This document shows, one piece after another, positions 12,371-24,763 of a DNA stretch of 64,000 nt (position 1 is its first letter; the number at the start of each line of letters is the position of its first letter). Location: NCBI GenBank assembly GCA_038087875.1, contig CM075977.1, forward strand, positions 305,970,001-306,034,000, in the 5' to 3' direction. The translations under genes and the position numbers were made by a program. The notes beneath the pieces were generated by a model, which was not told the origin of the DNA, searched no databases, and saw nothing but the letters and a program-made list of their open reading frames with translations. This DNA is from Malacoraja senta. Taxonomy: Eukaryota.

Positions 12371-13620
12371 TCTATCTATACATAACTAAAACTGTGATCT
12401 TGTGCTCTTCCGGTTTGCGCGGTTTTTCTATCTGCGCAAAAACAGTACGAAATAGCGCTACGATATTTCGTCAGCTCACTCACCATTCTCCTGTGCTGCG
12501 AGTGCACCAAGTTTCATTCCGATCGGTAGTATGTTGTAAAAGTTAGCGAGGTTAAAAAATCGTAAAAACCGCGCATGCGCAGATCGATCTCCTCTCCTGC
12601 CAGTCAGCGCCGCGTGGATTGGTCACTTCTCCTGTCACTCCCCGGGACTGTCTGCCCCTTCCTGCGGCATCGCGTCTTTACTGGAGCTGCGGGTGGCCGG
12701 CAGAGGTCTCCAACTTTTGGACAATTTTCGGAGGGACCGGAAGCGGCCCAGTGCGAAGTCGGAGATGTTCTCAAACGGAAAGCGGAGAGTCTGATCCCGG
12801 CAGAGGAGAGCGTCCAGCGCCCGCTGAGTCCCAAATGCACCGTCATGCAACGCCCCGCAGCTCCAGCCCCTTCCCTTCTGGTCCCCCTCACTGGCTCCTG
12901 CCCCCATCCCCCGTGATACCCCCCTCTCCCCCATGGCTCTTCCCCCGTCTTTTCTCCAAGCTCTCCCTCCCGCCCACACGTGGCCGTAACTGCTGGCGCT
13001 TCCGGGCCGAGCCGAGGATCCGCGCCGACGGCTGATACTCGTCCGGGGCACGCAAGAAGGGAGAGGAGCGGCAACCTCGAGATCCTGGGGAAGGAGAATG
13101 GGGGAGGAGAGGGGATAGAGGGAGAGGAGGGGAGAGAAGTTATGGAGGGAGGGAATGACTGAGGGTAGGGGAAAGGAGAGGTGAGGGAGAGATTAAGGGA
13201 GGGTAGGAGGAGAGGGAAAAGAAGGAGGTGAGGAGGGAGAATGGGGGAGGAGGTGGAATAGAGGGAGAGGAGGGGGGAGTAGAGGGGGGGAAGTGGGGGA
13301 GGTAGGGAATGGGGAATAGAGGGATAGGAGGGCAGAGGGGGAGGAGAGGAGTGGGGGATAGAGAGATAGAAAGTGGGTAGGGAGGGGATAGGAGTTATGG
13401 AGGGAGGGAGGGAGGGAGTGACTGAGGGTAGGGGAAAGGAGAGGTGAGGGAGAGATTTGGGGAGGGGAGGAGAGGGGAAAAAAGAGTGAGGGTGAAAAGG
13501 AGGGGGAGAGAGTGCTAGGGATGAGGGGAAATGAGCTGTGCGTGTGCAGTTGGGAGCTATGGGTGAGTGGTGGAATATTGCGTTAGGGGACCAAGCCTCC
13601 TGTGTGACCACTTAGTCTAG
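12371..13620 (+). mobile_element. Non-autonomous Helitron with internal GA-rich low-complexity tract
   Basis: 5' A|TC..ATAACTAAAA and 3' TCTAG|T. Subterminal sequence is shared with the Helitrons at 24764-30070 and ~50900. Confidence 0.8.
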
Positions 13621-14028
13621 TCCTTTATAAGGTTTGATGCTCAGAAGAGTTCAAAGTACACCATGTGTAATCTGCCCAGGGCTTGGTTAAAAGTAGTATA
13701 CATTTAAACTGCTTGTGTATGGATTAATTAGATGAAAAGGCCAGGTGTTTTTCCAACAAGCACATCCTGTCTTCCAATTTATACCGATTGATATTAAGGT
13801 TGTTACATCTATCATTGTTTAGACTGAGTGCATGAATTATCTGCAAAGGCACAACGGTGTCTTTTCAATAACAGTAGATTATGTTTAAAAAAAACACTAT
13901 TTAGAATATACAGAATTTAAGATGATAATAAATTAGATCTTTTATTGTTAGACAATGGATAACATAGCCATGTCAACTTAAAAACAGAAACGGAAGAAAC
14001 AATTTATTTACCACCACCCCACAAATAC

Positions 14029-14133
14029 CTTTATCATCTCCTCCTCTCCTGCTGTTTTTTGCTTTGCAATAACGTCACCTTCATCATTACATGAAATGAA
14101 GCAGCTGTTTGAAGCCATCAATGCAAGCTTTCC
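14029..14133 (-). CDS. FRG1: FRG1 exon 6 ([35 protein letters not shown])
   Basis: 105 nt, phase 0/0, AG/GT boundaries. Confidence 0.96.
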
Positions 14134-14390
14134 CTGGAAAATAAAATTCAATTGTTTCTTATCACACACATATTAGAATCTCTTCTGGATTCTTCCCAAA
14201 TATATCACAACATCACCATCTTAAGACAACAGAAGGAAAGAAACTGGTAGTTCACAAACTCATCTCATAAATCGTTAGTATCTCCTTATTCAGATCAGGG
14301 TCATTGATTTTTCCTCAGAGTTATGCGATTTTAATAGTTGTGCGTCACAATACTAGGTTAAGCTTACACCATGGGATGGTTACTTTATGG

Positions 14391-14856
14391 CAGGGGTCGG
14401 CAACCTTGTTCTGCATAGGGGCCGGGACGGGACGCATGTCTGTGAGCGGATGGTGAGCCACATCTATCATGTGTACACATGGGTCCCGCCCCGAATGGCA
14501 GACATCAAATCACGTGTTCACAGAAGGTAGACAAAAATGGTGAGGAAACTCAGCGGCTGAGGCAGCCTCATGCAATCCTTGCATGTCTCACCCGCTGAGT
14601 TTCTCCAGCATTTTTGTCTACCTTTGATTTTTCCAGCACCTGCAGTTCTTTCTTAAACCTGTTCACAGAAGTTGCGCGGCCGTGCCGGCGGCTTTGTGCA
14701 GGATGCGGTACAGCCAGAGCTCGGCCGCGCTCGGGGCGGGCGCTCGGCCACGCTCGGCGGGCCGGATGATTACGGAGAAAAAAATCCACCTGTGGGCCGG
14801 ATGATTTCGGCTTACGGGCCGCATTCGGCCCGGGGGCCGTAGGCTGCCGACCCCTG
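14391..14856. mobile_element. hAT (Charlie-like) MITE with an internal Penelope-type hairpin insertion
   Basis: TIRs CAGGGGTCGGCAACCT / AGGCTGCCGACCCCTG and 8-bp TSD CTTTATGG. The inner insert 14527-14659 is flanked by TGTTCACAGAAG repeats. Confidence 0.9.
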
Positions 14857-15714
14857 CTTTATGGGTTTGCATTTAGTGAAAACACAAGCTATTAACTTAG
14901 AGACACTTTCAGCAATCAACTTTAGAAGTTTCACAATGAGTCAGTTAGCCTACTCTAAAACATGGCAGGCAAACTCATTATCATGAGTGCACCATCATTG
15001 GCAGTCACATAAACTGCTGTCCAAGCTCTGGATGTGGAAATCTATTTATAAACCATGGTGGCTATATCTCTCACCTTTAACAGCTTTTTGATCATCTCCC
15101 TTAAATGCACCTGAGGTTATATTTTTAAATTATTTTTATTATTGGACAATGGCAAAGCTTTCAAGTAATTAATTATTAGCATTTCTGGTTATTGAATAGC
15201 ACTTCTTGTCCATCAAAAATTGGGTAGGAAAATTAACTGACTGTAGTTACATACGCTAATTTAAAGAAAAAATCTACTTGATTAATGCAGCACCCAGTGT
15301 AGTTTTAAATTGGGAACTACACTCATAATTGTACATCAGATAGTGAAGAAGGCAGACGCATTTTACTACATGGTGCAAAATATACAAGAGGTCAAATCAG
15401 CTTGTGGCCAATGGCATTGCTCAGGAACAAAATCATCATTTTGGTACGTTAATAAAGGCTACAGTGTTGCAGTGTCTTCCTTTAAAAATAGTAATCAGGC
15501 TACTTTGCCACTTCTAGTAGTTGTCAGACACAAAATTTACAAGGTATGAACTTTTTCCAAGAGATTTTGCAGAGCTCTAAGAAACATTTCCCCTTCACCC
15601 ATTATTTCCAACTTACCCGGCCATTCATATAAAGACAAAATAATTGCAGATGAGGAGAACCTTTTACCTCATCTTAGATTATGCATGGCAAACAGAGACA
15701 TGGTTGTTAATTGT

Positions 15715-16709
15715 AGTAGGAGGAGTAATCTTGGGGAACGGCTGCTAACCAGCAGCCATCCGTTAATTTCACTTTTTTCTTTAGTTTTTAGTTAACTGTG
15801 TCTGTCTTTCCTGGGGAATTTGACTTTTCTTGTGGGGGGGTAATGGGGGAAACTATTTCTAGGTCCCTACCTGGTCGGTGAGGCAGCTTTTTCTCCGGGC
15901 TGCCCCGTCGACCTGTCCTCGTGGCCTACCAACGGGCCTGGAGTGGCGTTTCCTGGCGGGGACTCCCCAGCACCTTCAGCTTCGGTGGCGGCACAGCGCT
16001 GGAGCGCTATCGTGGAGCGGAGCGGGCGATGCCTTGCCTGGGTCGCCGCGCTGGATCGACGCGCTGGAGCTCCGGTATGCTGTGACCGCCGAGCTCAACA
16101 CCTCCGGGCTGTGGGTCTGTGGAGCGGCCAGCCGCGGGCGGCGGCGCCGACTTTAACATCGGGAGCCTCGTAGCTCCAAATCGGCGCGGCCTTGTCGGCT
16201 TCAGGTGCCACGGACTCCAGTAGGAAACTGGCCGTTCCAGCCGTCCCAGCCGCTGTGAGGACTCTCCCGACGCCGGGGCAACTGCACCCGGCGAGAACGG
16301 CCAGGAACACCGGGCCTCCGTAGAGGCAACTGTGGAGGCCTCAATAGGCCTAACTTTGGGGAGAACTGGGGTTGGGGACTGGACATTGTGCCTTCCCCAC
16401 AGTGGTAACCACTGTGGGGGGGATGATTTTGTGTGTAGTGTGTGGTGTCTATGTTAGTCTATGTCCAAGATGGCGGTCGGAAGGGAGAGTGTACGCTGGC
16501 GCGGTTTGGCTGCCGCTGCTCTCCCTTCATATTGTGTTTCTGAATTTTGTTGTCTTTTTTGGATCGAACTTCTGTCTTTAATTTATGTACTGGTGATGTC
16601 TTTATAACTTATTTTACTCTGATTATATGTTTCTTTGTTAAATTTTGTAAGGTGTCCTTGAGACTTTTGTATAGGCGCCCATAAATAAAATCTATTATTA
16701 TTATTATTA
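15715..16709 (+). mobile_element. ~1-kb CpG-rich non-coding retroposon with L2-type 3' tail
   Basis: Tail TGTAAGGTGTCCTTGAG...GGCGCCCATAAATAAAATCT(ATT)n. Candidate 8-bp TSD TTAATTGT at 15707-14 and 16710-17. Confidence 0.65.
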
Positions 16710-16989
16710 TTAATTGTGCAGTAATTAAAACAAGAGATGCACAAGTGCCAGAATTACATAGATAGCTCAGAGGATCAGAGTAGGATAGAGGATATGAAAG
16801 GTTGACAGGGGCTCCACCTGCAACAAATTTATGAGCTGCTTTGTCTGCTCTGTTAGGTCGGGGTCTGCCCACCTAACAGATAGGGGTTAATAGCGTGCTA
16901 ACTCCGTTTCCAACGCAACGAAGGCGGCAGCAGATTGCACTACAAGGTCAGCTTGGGAGCACTCAGGCCTCATCTCCCAGTCAAACCAG

Positions 16990-17300
16990 GCAAGAATGAA
17001 CAAGGCAAAGACAACTTAATTATCCTGCAGCTCATTTTATTAAAGAATGTAACAACTGTGGTGGGGGGGCATTTGGCTAAGAGAGAGAAGTGCCCTGCCT
17101 TTGGTCAAGTTTGCCATGGATGCAAGAGGCGGAACCATTTCTGGAGATGCCGCAGATCCCGACCGAACAGAGAGCAGACAAAGCGGCCCATAAATTTGCT
17201 GCAGGCTGAGCCCCTGTCAGATTTGACCGATAGCAGCATGGACAAGAACGTCGATGGAATCGTTCTGCAGGCTCCGAATCATATGTTGAACTAACCAGCA
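16990..17300 (+). mobile_element. Gypsy-type LTR retrotransposon gag relic
   Basis: Zinc-knuckle-like CPAFGQVCHGCKRRNHF in ORF 16935..17294. Confidence 0.65.
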
Positions 17301-17655
17301 TGGCTGCCCACATGCAACTAGGTGGTGGTGTGGAAAACCTGACATGGATTATGGATCAGGTCATCAGCAGGAAAACCAGACACGGATCAAATCAGCAATA
17401 CTGTTTGATCTACAGAAATGAACACCAACTTCTCCATATCTCCACATAAACAAGTCTCTTACCCCAGTACCATTTCAGAAAATTTCCACTGTATCCTCTT
17501 CGAGGCACTAATATTCTTAGCACAGCATGGTGCTTTAAACTTAACATGCTCCAGATGAGGCTTTGCTGACTACCACTTTGTATTAGGAATACTGGAAGAA
17601 AGCAAGATATATTTGTGACAATAATGATTAAATAAAGTTTAAAGGTGGCAATTAC

Positions 17656-17770
17656 ATCTTGAAACACTGGCTCCCACTGTTCTCTTGATCCAATTGCATC
17701 TGATCGACCAGTAACAACTCCATCAGAATTTATTCCCATATACTTGCCATAGCCAGACTTCAGTGCTATC
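17656..17770 (-). CDS. FRG1: FRG1 exon 5 ([38 protein letters not shown])
   Basis: 115 nt, AG/GT boundaries, hallmark FRG1 motifs ALKSGYGKY and REQWEPVFQ. Confidence 0.98.
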
Positions 17771-18099
17771 CTGCAAGAAATAACGAGAAGTCATGAAAAT
17801 CTGTTCTGCAATAGTGATGTATACTAAAGTATAAAGTTTATATACAGAGTAATTATATTTAAAGTAATTTCAAAAGTGTATTTTCTATAAAATATTTTTT
17901 ATTCTTATAATGGCCTGTTAGAGATGTATTTTTTCCACTTGCTAAATGGCTTGTGAAGTATCATGGCCTTGCACATTTGCATTACTTTTAGGCACCATGG
18001 TAGATATTACCAATAATATCAATATCAAATATCTTTATACCTGATCAATGTAGCACATAATTGAGCTTGTGGGCACGTCTTCACATCTACCCAATGACC

Positions 18100-19050
18100 A
18101 TGACCCCATGGAAGAACTCAAGGCCACCTTGTGTGGCAAGTGTGCAATTCTGGTTGTCCCATTACAGAAGAATATGGAGGATTTTGGAGTGGATGCAGAG
18201 TGGTACACTAGGATACTGCCTAGATTAGAAGCTATTAGCTATGAGGGGAAGTTGGATAAACTTGGATTGTTTTCTCTGTAGCAGTGGAGACCGAGGGGAG
18301 ACTTGATAGTGTGGCGGGTGGCTTCATCGCGCTGCCAGGGAAGCAGATCCTGAGGTGTATAAGAGGCTGATTCAGCCTGTGAAGCCCACATCTCTTGAAT
18401 GAATGAAAAAATGCTAGTATATCTTTTCTTAAGGGGGACCAAAACTGTACATAGCACTGCAGGTGCGGCCATATCAACATCCTGTACAATTGTACTTCTC
18501 CATTTTGAAACTTCAACCCCCTTACAATAAAGGTCAAGATGCCATTTGCCTTCCTGTTTTCTACACCTGCATGCTAACTTTTTGTATTTCATTTACAAGC
18601 ATGCCAAGATTCATCTTCCCTCTTTACACCACTCATTTGCATCCCCTCTCAATTAAGATAATTTTGTTTTGAAGTACATGAGCTCACACTTTTTTAAATG
18701 ACACTCCATTTGCTGAGTTTTTGCCTACTTGTTCAACCTTTCTATGTCTTGTTCAGAGTCCAAATATCTTCATCACAGCATGTTCTACTACCTATTTGTG
18801 TAACATCAGCAAACCTGGATACCTTACACCCTGTCCCCTCCTTGAAGTTAACAGTAAATAACTGAGGGCCAAGAACAGATCCTTATGGCACTTCAGCTAC
18901 ACCCTGCCAGCCTGATAATGAACTGCACATATTCTGACTGAGCCCTCTGTGTTACAATCAGTTTTCAGCCTATTTTAACACATTTTCCCCCATAGTGCGT
19001 TCTTATCTTATGCACCAGCCTTTTGTGTGGCACCTTATCGAATGCTTCCA
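18100..19050. mobile_element. Old, degenerate CR1 fragments in both orientations
   Basis: ISYEGKLDKLGLFSL on +; QLYRMLIWPHLQCYVQFWSP on -. Confidence 0.75.
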
Positions 19051-19315
19051 AATTTATTAAGAAGACAACTATTTACCATCTGATTAAACCTGGGCAGACT
19101 CTCGTCTCGATAACCATGATTTATGAATTTCATAAGTGGCATTGGTATCCGAGCAACTTAATCAGATTCATTCTGACACTGATCATCCATCTCATATTAT
19201 CCGTAAGAATCACTGGTAGTGGGGTAGGAACGTTGGGGCAGTTGAGACGTTGAGACTGGAATCAGAAAATAGGAGTCTTCAATATGATTGCTTTGTGATA
19301 ACTTGCATTTCTCAC

Positions 19316-19373
19316 CTTGTTTCAGATAACTTGATAGCAGTTAACTGCTCTGGGGGATCCGGTGTTTCATTAT
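19316..19373 (-). CDS. FRG1: FRG1 exon 4 (DNETPDPPEQLTAIKLSETR)
   Basis: 58 nt, AG/GTGAG boundaries, phases fit exons 3 and 5. Confidence 0.93.
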
Positions 19374-19659
19374 CTGCTCAGGATGAAAATTAATGATCAC
19401 AGATTATATCTGACAAAGACACGGTGTGCAACTGACATACTGAAAGTTTTAGCAATATAATTACTTCCAACAGTGTGTTCTTTCTACAAAAATAATGAAC
19501 AAACTTTCACCTACACATCATTCAGGACTCAAAAGGACATGGGTGCTTTAGGGCAATTGCTTTTACTGTGCAGGACTATTTATGAAAATGTTGCAGCCAA
19601 TCTGTGGAATTGATCAGATAAATGATCAATTAATCCAACCACGGTCTTTGTTGAAGAGT

Positions 19660-21606
19660 GAATAGACAATAGACAATAGGTGCAGGAGTAGACCATTTGG
19701 CCCTTCGAACTTGCACCGCCATTCACTGTGATCATGGCTGATCATCCACATTCAGTAAACCTGTTCCTGCCTTCTCACTATATCCCCTGACTCCGCTATC
19801 TTTAAGAGCTCTATCTAACTCTCTCTTGAAAGCATCCAGAGAACCGGCCTCCACTGCCTTCTGAGGCAGAGAATTCCACAGATTCACAACTCTCTCGGTG
19901 AAAAAGTTTTTCCTCATCTCTGTTCTAAATGGCCTATCTCTTATTCTTAAACTGTGGCCTCTGGTTCTGGACTCCCCCAACATAGGGAACATGTTTCCTG
20001 CCTCTAGCGTGTCCAGTCCCTTAATAATCTTATATGTTTAAATAAGATCCCCTCTCATCCTTCTAAATTCCAGTGTATACAAGCCCAGCCGCTCCATTCT
20101 ATCAGCATTTGACAGTCCCGCCATCCCGGGAATTAACCTCGTGAACCTAAGCTGCACTCCCTCAATAACAAGAATGTCGTTCCTCAAATTTGGAGACCAA
20201 AACTGCACATGATACTTCGGAAAGGGTAGGATGAGGACCCACAGTCCCGTTTATATCAACGGGTCGATGGTGGAAAGTGTCAAGAACTTCAAATTCCTGG
20301 GCGTGCATATTTCCGAAGATCTCTCCTGGTCCCAGAACACTGATGCAATCATAAAGAAAGCACATCAGCGCCTCTACTTCCTGAGATTACGGAGAGTCGG
20401 TATGTCAAGGAGGACTCTCTCGAATTTCTACAGGTGCACAGTAGAGAGCATGCTGTCCGGTTGCATCGTGGCTTGGTACGGCAACCTGAGCGTCCAGGAG
20501 CGGAAAAGGCTGCAAAAAGTTGTAAACACTGCCCAGTCCATCATCGGCTCTGACCTCCCTACCATCGAGAGGATCTATCGCAGTCGCTGCCTCAAAAAGG
20601 CTGCCAGTATCATCAAGGACCCACACCATCCTGGCCACACATTCATCTCCCCGCTGCCATCAGGTAGAAGGTACAGGAGCCTGAAATCTGCAACATCCAG
20701 GTTCAGGAACAGCTTCTTCCCCACAGCCATCAGACTATTAAACACAACTTCAAACAAACTCTGAACTATAACAGCCTATTGCACTTTTATCTGTTTATTT
20801 ATGTGTGTATATATATATTCTATGGTATATGGACACACTGATCTGATCTGTTTTTATGCTTACAATATTCTGTTGTGCTGCAGCAAGCAAGAATTTCATT
20901 GTCCTATCTGGGACACATGACAATAAACTCTCTTGACTTGACTTGAGGTGTGGTCTCACTAGGGCCCTGTACAACTGCAGTTTGACCTCTTTGCTCCTAT
21001 ACTCAAATCCTCTTGTTATGAAGGCCCACATGCCATTAGCTTTCTTCACTGCCTGCTGTACCTGCATGCTTACTTTCAGTGACTGATGAATAAGGACCCC
21101 CCAGATCTCTTTGTCCTTCCCCTTTTCCCAACTCGACACCATTCAGATAATAATCTGCCTTCCTGTTTTTGCCACCAAAGTGGATAACCTCACATTTATC
21201 CACATTAAACTGCACCTGCCATCCATCTGCCCACTCACCCAACCTGTCCAAGTCATCCTGCATTCTCACAGCATCCCAGTTCACACTGCCACCCAGCTTT
21301 GTGTCATCTGCAAATTTGCTAATGTTACTTTGAATCCCTTCATCTAAATCATTGATGTATATTGTAAATAGCTGCGGTCCCAGCACCGAGCCTTGCGGTT
21401 CCCCACTAATCACTGCCTGCCATTCTGAAAGGGACCCGTTAATCTTTACTCTTTGTTTCCTGTCTGCCAACCAATTTTCTATCCATGTCAGTACCCTACC
21501 CCCAATACCATGTGCTCTAATTTTGCCCACTAATCTCCTATGTGGTGCCTTATCAAATGCTTTCTGAAAGTCCAGGTACACTACATCCACTGGCTCTCCC
21601 TTGTCC
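19660..21606 (-). mobile_element. CR1 LINE 3' half, interrupted by a Rex1/Babar insertion
   Basis: ORF 21036..21656 has YLDFQKAFD, PQGSVLGP and KFADD. 3' tail AATAGAC repeats at ~19661-19680. Confidence 0.93.
20212..20946 (+). mobile_element. Rex1/Babar-type LINE 3' fragment
   Basis: ORF 20231..20764 has FKFLGVHISEDLSW..KKAHQRLYFLR..LPSGRRYRS..NSFFPTAIRLLN. (CTTGA)n tail. Confidence 0.88.
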
Positions 21607-22309
21607 AGGGCACAATGTTTGTTCCTGATTAGCGCTATTGGATTGTTTATAAACATGAGAATAGATAGGATTCAATGTTTAATAGTCTTATTTGAAAGAA
21701 AGCAATCCTTGTGCAATACCCTGGTAAATTGAAATTAACAGGCTCAAATCACATAGTGTGGTTTGAATTTTCACTCTCAAAGATACTGCCTATTCAACTA
21801 TTTTCAGATTTCCAGCATCTTCAGATTTTTTTTTGCTGTATAATTATTGTTTAATTTCCTGCTGCTGGAAATGTCCATTGCGTGTTTGCTGTACCGCAGG
21901 ATTTTGGTCTTACAGTATTTGGTCTCTCTCAGTCTACAGCCAATCAATCTCCATTGCTCCCTTTTCTCTGCAACTTCAGACATTTCTACCTTTTCTCAGC
22001 TGTAATGAAATGCCACTGATCTGTAATGATAATTCTGCATCTCTTTCTATGGCCACTGCTGGACTTGCTGAGTCTTCCCAGCATTTATTTTGAATCCCCA
22101 ACCTTCCGTGTGGGGTGCTATTTTGAAGCAAGCTGACATATGTTGAATTGTTACAATGTAAAAACACAATATATCCTTTAAGTTTATATTCTGAAATTCT
22201 TTTCAACAAATATCGTAACTGAATCAAAACTCAATCAAAACCAAAATCTGTCAGTGAGATTTCACAGAGAGTAGGTGGGCTAATGGAGACAGATTTGTGT
22301 ATCCCAGAA

Positions 22310-23860
22310 ACTAGACTTTTAGCCCATCATATTCGTGTCACATTTTACCCCCATCTTGACTAATCCAATTTGCCTACAATAGGATTGTATCCTTCAATGC
22401 TCATTTGGCTAAATGCCTGTTAAATTCTATAATTGTATCAGATTCTACCACCTACAGTGGCAGCACATTCCAGATATCAACTACTGTTGGTGTAAGAAAA
22501 TTATTGCCCTTCAGATTTCCTTTGACATGCTACCTCCCATTTTTAAACTATGTCCTCCTGTTTTTGATATCCCCATCATTGGAAAGGGATTTGTATTATC
22601 TACCCTATCTATTATATATGCCTCTCAATTGTATATACTTCACTCAGGTCAACCTTCAGCATGCTTTGCTCCAGGCGAACTAAGCCCAGCCTATCAAATA
22701 TTTCCCCATAACTAAAGTCTTCCAATCCAGGCAACATTTTGTGAAATCTCCTCTGCACTATCTCCAGCACAAACACAACCTTTCTTGAGTGTAGTGACCA
22801 GAACTGCACACAATCTTTCATATGTGTCCTAACCAGTATTTTGTAAGGTTGTATCTCCAAATCTGAGGAAGGACATTATAGCCATAGAGGGAGTGCAGAG
22901 AAGGTTCACCAGACTGATTCCTGGGATGTCAGGACTTTCATATGAAGAAAGACTGGATAGACTTGGCTTATACTCGCTAGAATTAAGGAGATTGAGAGGG
23001 GATCTTATAGAAACGTACAAAATTCTTATGGGGTTGGACAGGCTAGATGCAGGAAGATTGTTCCCGATGTTGGGGAAGTCCAGGACAAGGGGTCACAGCT
23101 TAAGGATAAGGGGGAAATCCTTTAAGACCGAGATGAGGAAAAACTTTTTCACACAGAGAGTGGTGAATCTCTGGAACTCTCTGCCACAGAGGGTAGTTGA
23201 GGCCAGTTCATTGGCTATATTTAAGAGGGAGTTAGATGTGGCCCTTGTGGCTAAAGGGATCAGGGGGTATGGAGAGAAGGCAGGTACGGGATACTGAGTT
23301 GGATGATCAGCCATGATCATATTGAATGGCGGTGCAGGCTCGAAGGGCCGAATGGCCTACTCCTGCACCTAATTTCTATGTATCTATGTAATGTCCCAAT
23401 TCTTATATTCTGTGTCGTGAATCATGAAAGCAAGCTGATTCATGAAAGCAAGCATGTCATATCCTTTTTCACTACCCTATCGACCTTTGTTGCTATCTTC
23501 AGTGAAGTATGTACTTGGATCCTAAGTCCAAGTTCTAGCGGAATCAAGGGGCATGGGGAGAAAGCAGGAACGGGGTAGTGATTGTGGATGATCGGCCATG
23601 ATCACAGTGAATGGCGCTGCTGGCTTGAATGGCCTACTCCTGCACTTATTTTCTATGTTTCTATGTCTCTTTGTCCATCGACATTCATTATGGTTTTACT
23701 ATACATTTACTATATATATCCTACCTTTAATTGACTTTACAAAATGCATCACCTTACAGTTGTAGGGATTAAATTCCATCTGCCAATACACCACCCAATT
23801 GATCTATATACTACTCTAGTACTAGACAACCTTCCTTCCTATCCACAACACTACCAAGTT
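22310..23860. mobile_element. Old minus-strand CR1 with a younger plus-strand CR1 3' end (22855-23390) and an additional CR1 tail (~23530-23670)
   Basis: ORFs 22612..22860 (-) and 22893..23297 (+) carry CR1 C-terminal motifs. Confidence 0.85.
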
Positions 23861-24613
23861 TTGTGTCATTAGCCAACATAATCACAACTGCATTTGCATT
23901 AAGTTGTTAGCAAAGATTCCAGCAGCAATCCCTATATTACATCACTAGTCATAGATTTCCAATCAGAAATGCACCCAAATTGCTTGCTTTTCACCCTCAA
24001 AAGACTAATTGAAGCATGATTTACCTCTCAAAAAGCCTTGCCAACTGTTCCTTATTAGTATCTGCCTTTCCAAATGAATACAAATCCTGTTCCTTGGTAT
24101 CTTCTCCATTAATTTCCCTACCACTGTCTGAAGGCTCACCAGCCTATAATGACCTATTTTATCCTTACTTCTCAAATAAAGGAGCAGTATTAGCTATAGG
24201 TATCTTGCTGGTGGCAAACAAAGAATCTCCAGTCCGTGTTCTTGCTATCTCCTTGCTTGTTTAGATTCTGGTTTAGATCTTATCGGCCCTGGGGTGTTTA
24301 TCTGCCTTAATTGATTTCTGCCTATTGATTTCTGACTAATGCACTCAGCTACTAAACAGCTTGGGTAAAGTATTTGAAAGATTCACTACCTTCTATGTGG
24401 AGACATTTTTACTCAGCCTGAATGTCTGACCCTGATTTTGAGCCTGTAAATCTTGATTCCAATTACCCCAGCCAGGGGAAAACATTACACCCTTTAAAAC
24501 CCCATTACAAATTTGTATGCATAGTTTCCAATGTACAGGCCTGATCTTCTTAGATTTTGTTTTATTAGCACAGACTAACACAGATTAAAACTTTTCATAT
24601 TGTGCCAACAAAC

Positions 24614-24736
24614 CTTTATGTGGCGCTCCAAGGGTAAAAAGACCATTATCCAGAGCATGCATATAGGTGCCATTTCCCATCTCTATGGCCACACTTCCTG
24701 AAATTTCTCCAAAATTCCGAACTGCCCACCATCCTC
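24614..24736 (-). CDS. FRG1: FRG1 exon 3 ([40 protein letters not shown])
   Basis: 123 nt, AG/GT boundaries, motifs NFGEISG and [14 protein letters not shown]. Confidence 0.97.
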
Positions 24737-24763
24737 CTGGAATAAAAGTATAAATACATCATA

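Noticed and set aside
12604-13611. 335-aa Pro/Ser-rich ORF
   Set aside because: It is the translation of the GA/CT low-complexity tract inside a Helitron; no domain or splice support.
17480-17610. Possible intronic snoRNA next to FRG1 exon 5
   Set aside because: No convincing C/D or H/ACA box arrangement seen on the sense strand.
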